Shown in pieces: positions 12,530 through 24,700 of a stretch of DNA of 64,000 nt. Each line of letters starts with the position of its first letter. Position 1 is the first letter of the stretch. The notes under the pieces were generated by a model that was not told the DNA's origin, did no database searches, and worked only from the letters and a program-made list of their open reading frames with translations. The DNA is from Isurus oxyrinchus (Eukaryota): assembly GCA_026770705.1 (NCBI GenBank), contig JANJGN010000013.1, positions 38,006,001 through 38,070,000 of the forward strand, read 5' to 3'. Made by a program: the position numbers and the translations under genes.

Positions 12530-13850
12530 AGTCATTTGATAGCACAGAACTTGAGCATTGCTGAAAAAAAAGACATGTTGAAGCTTTTTGACTTACATTC
12601 ACCAGGACACTTTGCAAGAATACCAATACAAGGGGAAAACAACAATTGATACTGTATTGGTTGGCAAGTGGACTCTGATTGGTAGGAACACTGCCATGGA
12701 GAATGGTCCAGGGATGGTGACTGACAGTTAACTGCCAAGAATTGTTTGAAATTTAGGCAGGCAGCTTGACCTTGATTGGTCAAGGCAGTGTCCTGAGGAA
12801 TGAGTCAGCAAATGGCTGTCACTTATTTTGTTTAGCTGAAACAGGCGCAATGTGTGTACATGTTCTTTCTGTCTGCACAGAACAGGGCTCAGTGTATTAA
12901 CATATGTAGCTTCCAATACATGCAAATCCGCCATACTGCAAGCCTGACTGACAATCTTAAATTGGTTGCCAGCACAATTCTTAGCACACTGAGGATTATT
13001 TAGCAAATGGTGTCCAATCGTGGAATCACATCTAATATTGGACACAGTGTTTTGAACTTTGCAAACACTGGCTGGTTGGGTACAGTCTGAACCTTGTCCA
13101 CTGTGAACAGCATCTGGGACATTACATCTTTGGGACGTAATGCTTACATACCTAACATCACAGTGGCACTGAAATTCATATACCACATTACTCATTTATG
13201 TGATAGGCAGAACGTCTTTTTGGCTTGACGGCAGCATCTTGTTAGGGGTGAACACCTCTTGTGTTGCTACTGCACAGTAGCAGTGTGAAACAGCTAGTCT
13301 CACCTGTTGTTCAAATTTTTGAGATACCTTGGCCTTCCAAGGTAATCTGAGGTAGAATGGGCACTTTTCAGGGCTGAAATTGACAGCCTGAGGCCTGTTC
13401 ATAAATTTGCATGATCTACAGCAAGCAATGATCTGATCAGGGTAGACAATATCCTGCAGGATGCCTTTGATGCGCCCTATTTCAGCATCAAACTTACATG
13501 GTGAACAAATGGCTCGGGCCTTATTTACAAGGTTGCTGATAAGACCAATCTTATAGCGTGTGGAACTGTAAGAATCTCAATGCGTAAATTGACCAGTAGA
13601 CCATGGGAGAAAACCTCCTGGCAGATTTCTCAACTAGTATCTCAAGGAAAGGGAGCTGATTTGACTGCTCCATTTCAAAGGTGAATTTGAGTGCAGCAAG
13701 GAGCTCATTAAGACATGTAAGGAAATTATTACAAGTGGTTGCGGATTTAAATATAGCAAACGTCTCATCCACATATCGGAAATATGCGAGGGGTCAGAGG
13801 TTAGGTGACATCCCATCGAGGATAGGTTTCTCATGGAACCAGCAATGCTG
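12530..13850 (-). mobile_element. Second, older Penelope-like family (Poseidon-like), decayed RT C-terminus + GIY-YIG
   Basis: Fragments YFRYVD.TF, LKFTFEMEQSNQLPFLEILV, LRLPW, NVVYEFQCHCDVRYVSITSQR; no Cys-rich linker before the nuclease. Confidence 0.8.
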
Positions 13851-14165
13851 TGACCATGTCTTCATTTGACATTGCTAGCCTATTCACCAATGCTCCACAT
13901 AAAGATGCCATAGATATTTGCACTGCAGCACTGTATCATGGCAATCTAGATCTGCCAACATTGTGCGAAACAGTATTCATTGAACTTATGAACTCAGCGA
14001 CTTGCGCAGTTAAGTTCAGTTTTAATGACACCATGTATGCCATGGGATCCCCTCTAGGTCCAGCTCTCGCAAACCGATCTTTGTTGAGTTCCATGAGAAG
14101 CATGTTTTAGATGAATGACGCCTAACTTCCTACCCTTCACATATTTCCGATACATGGATAATACA
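13851..14165 (+). mobile_element. Inverted RT segment of the same older PLE family
   Basis: SFDIASLFTN, FSFNDTMY, AMGSPLGPALAN, then tatttccgatacatggat (YFRYMD). Confidence 0.8.
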
Positions 14166-17094
14166 CTTAAATACGATGATATATTCGATATGTTTAATAC
14201 TCATATTATAAGATACTAGGAGCTCCTCACATGATGCAGTAAGTAACAACACTGGCCATAAACTTTTGAGGGCATTGCTGATCACAGCCTGAATGCAAAG
14301 CATATCGCACTGAAGTAGAGTTTCAGCTGAACCTCCTTATCTCACTGCAATCCAAGCATGATGGGTCCCAAATCAATGATTGTTTGTTCTCATACCTGAT
14401 CTGCAAGTAACAACTATCATTTTATGAAAATACTCATTGCAAATAAATGAACCTCATAGAACAGAACTTGAGTATTACTGATGAGAGAGACATGTTGCCG
14501 ACTACTTTTCATCTTGCACTCTCTTTTAGCGATAAGAAACTTTATCATGAGTTAAACAAACCTCTGACATGTCGAAACAGAAAACAATTCATAGTTCCTC
14601 ATAACATATCCTATATTTATTGAGCACAACAATAACAGTTTAAGCAGTGTTTCTGACTGATGTCAACTTATGTGTGAAAGTGCATTTCAAACGTTCACTC
14701 ATAAAATTGACCTAGAGAATTCTAGACCTTCAAGACCACATAAAACCATCAGAATAAAGTCTGAGGCAAAAACCATCCAGAGCTGTCCTGGTTGATTTTT
14801 CAGATTAAGCCATTTTTTCAGTCCCACAGGAAGTGGCAATTCAAAGGAGCAGGAGGTGGGTGGTGCTTGGGTGGGGGAGTGGTGGGTGTAGGCAGGGAAG
14901 TGGAGATGGAGGGATGAGGGCAGAACTCAATCAAAGTCAACGTCAAAGTAAAAAACACTATGATGGGCAATTTCAGTTCAGGTATAACAGCCGTCTATCT
15001 CCCACATGTAATGTGAAGTACATGCATGATTCTTTAAAAAATGTGACATGGGCCGTAAATAAAGAGCTAATATAACCTTCATTCACACAGTAGCAAGGAG
15101 TTACGGACTTTCTTTATACGGGGGTTGGGTTTGATCAGTGACTGTCATTTAGAGATAGATTCTACATATTAAATTAACAGTGTTTCAGAATTTTGACGAG
15201 GCACATCTGGAAATTCAGGTCACAGAATATCTCAAGCCACAGTGCACGTAATGCTTTTTAAACCAGCAGCATGTACGCGGAGACCTATTGTGCTGTTGAT
15301 TGAAAGGATAGATACACAATAGCATTAGCCAGTCGTTTTTCATAACACAGCAAATTAGATGATTTTATTAAACCAAGTTGGCAACAGGGAAAAAAAATGT
15401 GCTCTTGCAAAAATTAGATTTTGTATTATAATTGAGTTTGTGCATGAGATTTTGTAAGTATTTCGCAGGATTATAAATCAATTCTTTGGAAATGGCGCTG
15501 GGCATTTTACAATTCAGTAATTGCTCTAAAGAAAGCAGAAAATCAGTGAGACTTATCAGTTAAAATTTCTTCTTCATGACAGTTTGTTTTGGACAGAAAG
15601 CTGCCTAATCAAGCTTTCCTTCTGTTCATCCTTTGATCTTTACACAAGTATTATGATGTCAACTTTTGTCACCAGAGGCTCAAGAAGTACAATGACCTAG
15701 TTTTCTCCATCTATGGATCAGACAACATAGTGAAATGGCTAGAAAGGAAAGTGAAAACAGACCAGACCTGCTTTCAGATGCGCTTTCTAATTTTCTGTTA
15801 GCATAGGAGGAAGATTATGGGGACGTACAACCACCTCTGTGGACACGGTTTCATCGTGGAACACAGGGACAATGCACACATTTAAAAAATCAAATCATTT
15901 TCCTGAAGTACTTGTTTTTCTTTTGTGTGAGTGGGGAGAATTTGGAAAACTCATGTAGAAACACTATTCTCTGTGCAATGGCCTTCACCCTGATAGCCCT
16001 CCAATGAATAAAGTGAGAGATGGCAACTGTTTGAGTGATTTTAAATGTCTCTGACAAGCTAAGACAACAATTATTCACAATAATAGAGGGTCTAACATAA
16101 CAACTTAGAGCTTGCAATTCCAACGAGACTTGAAGCACAGCTTAACACTCATGGCAGGCATAAACACTACCACATAGGGTGATACATGGAACTGGAATTA
16201 TTGTAGGTTTATTTTACATTAATTCAACTTCCAAAAGTCAGTGTTCGTTTTGAACTCTGTTACCAGTGAACAGAATGGTTTATTTACAAACTCATATTGA
16301 ATTGGCAGACCTGAATCTGAAACTATTCCAAAATAAGCATTACATTTACCTTGAGTTTCTAAATTCTTGAAAGCAACCTTTTGCCTCTGCTTATGGTTAT
16401 TTAACAGACATGACCCACACAGCAAAATCCTTTCATCAGTTTCATTCAAATGATAATGGTCAATCTGGTTCACATTCATATGTTTTAGAATATGGCTTTT
16501 ATTTTCAGAAATATAACTTTTAGGTTGTAGGTTAAAGCGTTAAATGTAAAATTAGTTGCCATCTGCTTGAGAAATTGGTAATTTCTGATGTATGTGCAAT
16601 TCAAACAAACCTAGGTTTATTGCACTTAAAAGGTACCCTATGCTGAAAAAGCAATAAACAATGGGGAGTCTTCAATCTTAGTTTAAGAATGCTAGAAGGT
16701 CTACCCTTACTTCAATAAAATACTTAAATTATGAATGAAGTTTCCAGATGAAAAGAAGCTGAACGCAGAACATGAGTTTTCTTCATAGACTCAGGGAGTC
16801 TGGAGAAAGGGTAATAAAACTGTATTAGTAATATTAAATTATTAAATGGGTTACAGAATCAAAGAGTAACATTGAAGGTAAAATAATCAATTTGCATTTC
16901 AGGTTGTGAACATTCCAAAGCATGCCACGTCATCATAAAGATGGACTGAGAGGTTCCTTAGTGTAACTTATCTGGGCGCGTTTGCTAACAGAAGCAAGCA
17001 GTTCAGTTTTGGGAACAGACGGAGACAATTGCAGCTTTGCTTTGGTATAGACTGCATCTCAACGGATTGAGACAGAACAGGAGATGATAGTCAT

Positions 17095-18120
17095 ACGAAC
17101 ATACAAACTAGGAGCAGGAGTAGGCCACTTGGCTGATCTGATTGTAACCTCAACCCCACATTCCTGCCTATACCTGATTACCTTTCACCTCCTTGCTTAT
17201 CAAGAATCTATCTACCTCTGCCTTAAAAAATACTTAGAGACTCTGCTTCCACTGCCTTTTGAGGAAGAGAGTTCCAAAGACTCATGATCCTTAGAGAAAA
17301 AAATTCTCCTCATCACTAACGTAAATGGGTGATCCCTTATTTTTAAACAGTGACTCCTAGTTCTAGATTCCTCCATAAGGGGAAACATCCTTTCCACATT
17401 AACACTGTCAAGACCCCTCAGGATCTTACATGTTTCATTCAAGTCACCTCTTACTCTTCTAAACTCCAGCGGATACAAGCCTAGACTGTCCAACCTTTCC
17501 TCATAAAACAACCCGCCCATTCCAGGTATTAATCTAGTAAACCTTTTCTGAATTGCTTCCAATGCATTTACATCCTTCCTTAAATAAGTAAACCAATACT
17601 GTATGCAGTTCTTCAGGTGTAGTCTCACCAATGTCCTGTATAACTGAAGCATAACCTCTCTACTTTTGTATTCAATTCTCCTCGCAATAAATGATAACAT
17701 TCTATTAACTTTCCTAATTACTTGCTATAAAAACAAAAAAACTGCGGATGCTGGAAATCCAAAACAAAAACAGAAATACCTGGAAAAGCTCAGCAGGTCT
17801 GGCAGCATTGGCGGAGAAGAACAAAATTGACGTTTCAAGTCCTGTTCAAGGGTCATGAGGACTCAAAACGTCAACTTTGTTCTTCTCCGCTGATGCTGCC
17901 AGATCTGCTGAGTTTTGCCAGGTATTTCTAATTATTTGCTATATCTGCATAGTAACCTTTTGTGATTCTTGTACCAGAAGACCCAAATCCCTGTGCAACT
18001 CAGACCCTTGCAATCTCTCACCATTTAGATTTCTTTTCATTTTTCCTGCCAAAATGGACAATTTCACATTTTTCCACATTATACTCCATTTGCCAGATCT
18101 TTGCCCACTCACTTAACCAA
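17095..18120 (-). mobile_element. CR1 LINE 3' portion, interrupted by a fold-back PLE
   Basis: 162-aa [35 protein letters not shown]; 3' tail at 17095. Confidence 0.88.
17730..17927. mobile_element. Fold-back (head-to-head) PLE tail insertion with ~16-bp TSD
   Basis: Inverted arms of the PLE tail; TSD ctaattacttgctata (17714-17729)/ctaattatttgctata (17928-17943). Confidence 0.88.
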
Positions 18121-18189
18121 TCTTTCTATCTATAGTCCATTAGGCCTGCACTTCAAGCAGAGAAAATATTAACTTCTTTGTTCACCAAA

Positions 18190-18808
18190 TGGAATGTGGG
18201 TAGGTCTCTATTTCAGTTTAGATTTCATGAGCGAAAAGTAGCTGGAAGTTTTGTCAAGCTTACAGATAGTTGAAGAAATCTACAGTAGTCCTCACAGAGC
18301 TTTGTGGCAGAAAACAGTCAGCAGAGTTAGCTTAGAAAGCTGTAGGTATGCAGTTGGGTATCTACAGCAACCTGAACAAGGAGCTTAGGCATCTTCACTG
18401 CCATGAGGTCTATAAAGAAAAATTGGAGAGTCACATTGCCAAAAAGCTTTTGGAAGGACCACTATAGAATCTTATGTTGGAGGATAGCTGGAACACTAAA
18501 GGGAATTAAAGTGAATTCCGAAGGGCTGCTGCATACCTTTTGAGTTGGTCCCGAAAGAAGCAAAAGAATCTTCAAGATTAGTGTAACATTTTAGGGAATT
18601 CTTAGGGAACTGAAAGAACAGAGTTGATATCATTAGTAATTTTAAAACATATTGTTAAGTTATTAGTGCTTGCTTTGTTTAATTCTTCTTATATAAAGTT
18701 TGTTTTTGTTTAAAAGTGTGAAAACTTGTGTAATAGTTCTGTCAGTTGATCACCAGGTGTTCAGATTTCTTCTTTATAAACTAACAGTCTTTAACAGAAT
18801 CATAACAA
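18190..18808 (+). mobile_element. Possible solo LTR remnant
   Basis: Ends in polyA-signal-like tataaagtttg followed by terminal cataaca; general resemblance to the repeat ending at 58890; no internal coding sequence. Confidence 0.3.
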
Positions 18809-19271
18809 AAGTTATAGTAATATCACAATTAAGATACAATCTGGGAAGTAGTTTCTCAATGTTTTATTTTTAGGAATTTGGTAAGCGTAACTAAATATAA
18901 TATTGGATGCATTGCTCCTTTGCCTCTGTGGAGTATTTACTAGACAGGTGCTCATTCTCTGATTTGGAAACAAAATCTCCCACCAGAGAATGGAATCAAA
19001 AGAATATTTTTCTCACAGAAGTCAAGTCACAAGGGAATTCTCTTGCCTAGCATTGCAGTGATAGCGCAAGCAAATTATCTAACAGGAATAGGTGTCTTTT
19101 TGTCTTAACGCTGACAATCTTTAAGACAGGATGTCTCCACTGGAAATTCATTGTGCGTACAGGCAATATGAAATAAGCAAATGAAAACACAGTCCAAATG
19201 AACAGTCAAAAGGCAGTTTAAAGAAACGTCTATACCCAGCTATGTTGCCCAACTGGTTATTTATTCTCCAT

Positions 19272-19946
19272 GGCCTGAATTTTTCAGGAGGCAGGCAGGC
19301 TCAGCGGGGGCGGGTGGTCACAGAGCTGGTCATCACCCGTGATTGGCTCCACGCCGCCATTTTACGTGGATGGGCCAATTAAGGCCCACCCAGCGAAAGA
19401 CGAGAGCCATAGCGCTCAGTGCTACCTGTGTGGGCAGGGGGAGGAGAGAGAGTCACATGGGCGCGAAAGACTGCTTCAATCTCCCTGAGGCACGGCGCTG
19501 CCTCAGGTAGATTGAATCACAATTGTAATTAATAGATAAATGGTTTAAAATTTGCTTTAAACTTGCCCCCTCAAGTGACTGTGTCATATTAGATGGGGCA
19601 TGTTTTTATATTTAGGAACTTTTTAAAATTTAATTAACAAAAGCTTTAGGAAACCTCACCCCACTTGCGGATGAGGTTTCCTAAAATACAGGAAGGCCGC
19701 TTGGCCTTTTTGCCTGCCCGCCAACCTTAAGATTGGATGAGCAGCGTTAACAATTACCTTAATCACTTCCTTAATGGTCTTAATAGGCCCTTTACATATC
19801 AGCGGACGTGCAGCCGACTCTAGTGCATGCCAGGCGAATGAAACATCACGAGACGATGTCGGGACACACACCCGATGTCATCGCGCGTCATTGTACACGT
19901 CAGCATATTGGGCCCGACCCCGCACAATGACTGAAAAATCCTGCTC
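19272..19946 (-). mobile_element. Harbinger-type MITE, TSD cat
   Basis: cat|ggcctgaattttt...aaaaatcctgctc|cat; family hairpins. Confidence 0.88.
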
Positions 19947-20207
19947 CATTTGTAGATCCAGGTAATGAGTGTCAGTATGCTATTCTACCGTGACAGAAAT
20001 CACAGTTGGGCCAGAAATTCTCACTCAAAATCAACACATAACATACTCTCCAGCAGGAGTCACTGGAATGGACACAAAGACCCCGACTGACATTTTCTCT
20101 TCCCAACCAAAGGGGCATTGAGATCAATTGCAGTGCAAAGCTTACAGTACAGGCTGGGAATCAAACCTTGGACATTAACACACCATGCAGTGCCTTCTTC
20201 TTAAGTT

Positions 20208-20370
20208 CTGTGCCCGAAGGCAGATCTGACCCACAGTGCCACAACCTCCTATGCAGGTAGGGCAAAGAGCAAGTCCCAAATCATCCCCAGCCTGAACAGG
20301 GATCGAACCATATGCTGTTGGCACTAATCTGATCCAGGCTGAGCTGTCCAGCCAACTGAGCCAACCCCAA
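20208..20370 (-). mobile_element. tRNA-headed SINE
   Basis: Minus strand A box tggctcagttgg and B box ggttcgatccc; second copy at 24547-24700. Confidence 0.65.
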
Positions 20371-20479
20371 GGAGACGAAGTTGCCATGGCAGCATACACT
20401 TTTACATGCATGTTATAGCCTGGGGCTATGGGTAGTGATGGTAGACACTCCAATTTCTTTCCATCATATAGTTGACCAG

Positions 20480-20625
20480 GAATCTCTCCTGCCCTTACCA
20501 CCTGCCATTGGCATGTCTTGGAAGGATGTACAAGTTGACACTCAACTTGTTTGGTTGCATTGAGAACACATCTTCCTTGGTCCATCAAGTCCTGGAATGG
20601 GACTGGAACACGGAGCTTCTTGCTC
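20480..20625 (-). mobile_element. tRNA-headed SINE (second family)
   Basis: Homologous to 31053-31225; minus strand A/B-box-like tggcaaaatggg and gttccagtccc. Confidence 0.55.
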
Positions 20626-21225
20626 AGAGTGCAGGGATGCTACCCATTTTGCCACAAGATCTCCTAATCCATTGCCCATACCAAATAAGAAGTGATGGGC
20701 AGGACTCCACCACTAAATGTTACAATATAACAAATTCAATGTTAGAGGCAGAAAAAAATCTTTCTTTGGTAGTTGGCAGTTATTTAAAACCTGTCCTGTA
20801 TTTAATAATAATGAAAAAAAGCTGCTATACTCTTCAAAGGATTGATAAAAGAATTACAACACTGCAGATTGTAAGTGAGGTGCAGCTTCAAAGGATTACT
20901 GTTAACATTCAAATGTTAATCATCTTCCTACATGCAGTTTGAGGGCTCCTGACTCACAAGCTGAAGAAGATTGGCATTTGGAAAAGTACAAGTTAATATT
21001 CTATCATGCCTAATTCCCCAAGCAATGACTGGTAAGTTAAAAAAAATTGCTTTTAAAATATTACTTTGTTTGTTATACTCAATGACAGATCAGCAACTCT
21101 TGGAAAATGGTCAATATTCTCAATCACACCGGAAACTTTGTTGACATCTACATATCAAGTCTGATGCATTTATCAGAAACTAGCAGCATCTGGTGTCACC
21201 TGGATTGGTTGCTCTTTGGTTCCTT

Positions 21226-22022
21226 GGAGAAGATTTTTCCCCTCGTCGAGCGGGTCCAGGAACAGCCGTGCAACGGTCAACCTACCGCCATCAGGCCCCA
21301 ATCGTGATTTCACGCCAGTTAACAGACAGCCAGTGTGAATCTTGCACTGAAACGCTCAGTGCTCCCTGGGTGGGGGGGTGGGAGGAGGTGGGGGGTGGGA
21401 GGAGGGCGAGCGTGGAGGTCAGAGCACGCGTGCAGTTATGTTCACAGAAATCTCCCTGAAGGCACAGAGCTGCCTCAAGGAGCTGAAGACTTATAGCATT
21501 AAAAAATAAACATTTTAAAATTAAGGTAAACATGGGCCCTCTGTCACATCAGCAGGGACATGTTAAAAATGAGATTTTAAAAATGTTATTTTATTTTTGG
21601 TTAATATTGGAAACCTCACCCACCTGTGGATGCGGTTTCCTCAAAAATCCAAAGGCGGCCTGGCCTTTTTGTCCACCCACCAACCATAAGGTTGGAAGGG
21701 AGGGAAAAATTCACTTTAATTAATTTATAATGGGCCTAACAGCCCTCTTAATTGTTGGCGGGCGCGTGACTCCCACGTGTGCCCACCGAGTGCACGAGTG
21801 CGCAATGACGTTGGGACATTTGCCTGACATCATCACGTGCTATTTCATGCTTGCCTGACATCATCGCGTGCTATTTCATGCTTGCCTGACATCATCGCGT
21901 GCTATTTCATGCTTGCCTGACATCATCGCGTGCTATTTCATGCTTGCCTGACATCATCGCGTGCTATTTCACGCTTGTGCGTGTTGTGCGCGTACCTCCA
22001 TACTGAGCTGAAAATCCAGCCC
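21226..22022 (-). mobile_element. Harbinger-type MITE, TSD ctt, with internal tandem expansion
   Basis: ctt|ggagaagattttt...aaaatccagccc|ctt; family hairpins. Confidence 0.85.
21821..21975. repeat. Tandem repeat, 5 x 31 bp (tgcctgacatcatcgcgtgctatttcatgct)
   Basis: Units start at 21821, 21852, 21883, 21914 and 21945; the inner three are identical. Confidence 0.97.
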
Positions 22023-22239
22023 CTTATTTACTTAAGTCATTAATTGCTTCACTGGAGTTTTTTTAACAAGTGCATAGCTGAAGGTTTTAGCCCATTGAAC
22101 TGGTTGGTTATATTGGCATTTCAGAACTCAACTCCCACAGCAATGGGCATAACAGGAACATAAGGTCCACTTCTGGGAATAGTCATTAATGCTGAGCCTA
22201 AGTGAAATTATTTATTACACAAAGCCAAAAATGTAGCAA

Positions 22240-22445
22240 AGAGCAGCAAGTTCTCCTGGTGTTTTGGCCAACATTCGTCCATCAACCAATACCACCCAAA
22301 ACAAAAGGCTAATTCATCATTCATCTTATTCACTCCTTGATATAACTTGCCATGCACAAATCAACTAATGAAAATGGTCGTAATTTAAAAGTAATTGATT
22401 ATCAAGCGCTTTAAAGACGGTGGATATGATAAATGCAAGTTTTTC
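22240..22445 (+). mobile_element. Deu-domain SINE fragment
   Basis: agagcag..ctcctggtgttttggccaacatt..tcaaccaa..ataaatgcaagt, shared with 36810-37065 and 47020-47395. Confidence 0.55.
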
Positions 22446-24546
22446 TTTTAATGATAAATGCTATTTTCCAATCATCTAAAGCAACATCATAAGCTAAAAA
22501 ATGGGGAATCGTACTGAGTTTTGAGCGACAGCATTTACACTGGAAGTTTTCGCATGATGCTACTCATAGTGTGTCAGAGCTAAGCTAAAAACTTGAGGGC
22601 TGAAGCATGACAGAAGGTGGGGGTGATACTTATCGTAAATATAAGCTACTCACATAGGCTTTTAAAATGTTTTAATATTACATATTTTCATTTTTTTAAT
22701 TTATGGAAGATGTAATGAAATATTAGTCCCCCTTAAGTAGGTTTTTACTTTTTTCCTGAGACGTGACAATGAAAACAATCCAAAGAGGAATTAAGATTAA
22801 ATGATTAACATGAAATTAGATCCTCTTATTGTTGCTCATAGAGTCTGTGGAACTATCCATGACTGAAGAGATTAGTTATCAAATATTAATGTTAAATCCA
22901 CATTTCATCGTGCAACACAGATGCTGCAGATGGTTACATTACTTTCTGCAATGGGCCCCAGCTGAGGCTTGTTTAATATGGTTAACAAGAGCAGGGTGGA
23001 CATAAAATAGAGTTGGCAATGGTGTTAACTCCAGGGAGTTAAAAGCAACATAAATATATAACCCATTAAATGTAATATTCAAATGCTGATTGAATGTATA
23101 ACTGGGTAAACAAAAGGCTAGGATCTTGAAAGTTTCAAGTTATTGTTGCATCAACATCAAGGTGAAGCCTACACAATTGCAATGTGAAAGTGAACTTTGC
23201 TGCTGGAAAGTAAATGAAATTCTGTTTCTGCATGGTTAATAAAGTCCCTCCTATTTATATTGCTACAGGGTATCATAGGTCTTCTATACTGATCAATAGT
23301 TGTTGGGATGAAATATTGGATTGTTCAGAGCTACATTGTAGGTTCCAGGATTGCATTGTTCATTTCTGTACTACTGTCACATATGCAGGTATTTTCACAG
23401 TTCGCATCAGCGGCTGCTTCATCCAGCTCCACGCATTGTGGAAAATGCTGTTCAATCTGTTGTTAATTTAACGTTAGATGATACTAAGAAAGCAGCCTGT
23501 TAGTGCATTAGTAGTTAACCAAGATCTCAAGGCAAGGCTCCATTACATTGTACATCAGAAAGGTTTCTATTTATTAACAAATGCTCCTTAAGCACCAGAC
23601 CAAAATTTATGTTCCATGATGCACACAAGCTATAACATTTCCTGTCAAGAGATTTCAAATCTAAAATACTTTCAATTCGTAAAAAAAAACTATTAATATA
23701 CATATTTTCTCAAATGTAAGAACTCTAAGCAGTATATTTTCTCTGCTAGAAGATATTGCTCATTAAGTTAATGGTTTCATTAAAGGCTATATGTAGAAAT
23801 TTTTTTTATAGGATGCGTATTCTAAAAATGCATTAATTATAGACAGATCGAGTATGCATGATGTTTGTATGTCTTTTTCACAATGTGTGACTACCAGAGC
23901 CTTATCTTCAGTGAAAAGTAAAGTACTGTATATTTTCCTGCGTTTAAAAACTGTTACCATTCTAAAACCCTGGATAAATACCATAAATGACCAGGCAACC
24001 TGTTTTACTGAATGTTTGTGGAGATATAAATAGCAACAGGACATGCTTCAAATCTTGTTAATTTGTGATAAAGTCACCCTATTTTGCAGTTAACAGTTTG
24101 TAGGTTAATTCACCTGCATATATTTATGTTGTGCGTGTATTTTAACAATGTGAAGATTGGACTACAATATCTCTTTTTTGCCTGTTTTTGAAGAATAAGC
24201 TGCATAACTCCCCACAATTCAAGAGTTTTAACCTTCAGGATTATTCTTTTTGTTCTTCTCTGACCATTTTATATCCATCAACATCTTCTTGAAGCAGTAA
24301 TGCAAATATATTGTAGTGCTCATTAAAACTACTGACAAGAAACCAATGGCAATTGGGTAAATCCAGTTTAGCTTAGTTGCAATCCTACTCCTGCAGTATT
24401 CTACTACTCATTACACCTCCATCAGACAATTCCCCATTTTTGCTAATGTTTTCCAACATTAGGCCACTTTGGACTCCAATAGCTGAAGTGCTATTGATTC
24501 CATAAATCTTGATCAGTGCTAAAAGCCTCACTTTTCTTTGTCAGTT

Positions 24547-24700
24547 CACTGTCTGAAGGCAGATCGGACCCACAGTGCCACGATCTCCAACATGGGATTG
24601 GCAAGGAGGTAGGCCTCCAATCTACCCCAAGCAGAATGGGCATTGAACCCCTTGCTGTTGGAACCAATCAGATTCACGCCATCCAGCCAATTGACCACCC
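24547..24700 (-). mobile_element. tRNA-headed SINE (same family as 20208-20370)
   Basis: gaaggcagatcggacccacagtgccac..tgctgttggaaccaatcagat..tccagccaattga. Confidence 0.6.

Noticed and set aside
21821-21975. CRISPR-like array (31-bp repeats)
   Set aside because: No spacers, eukaryotic context, and it lies inside a MITE.
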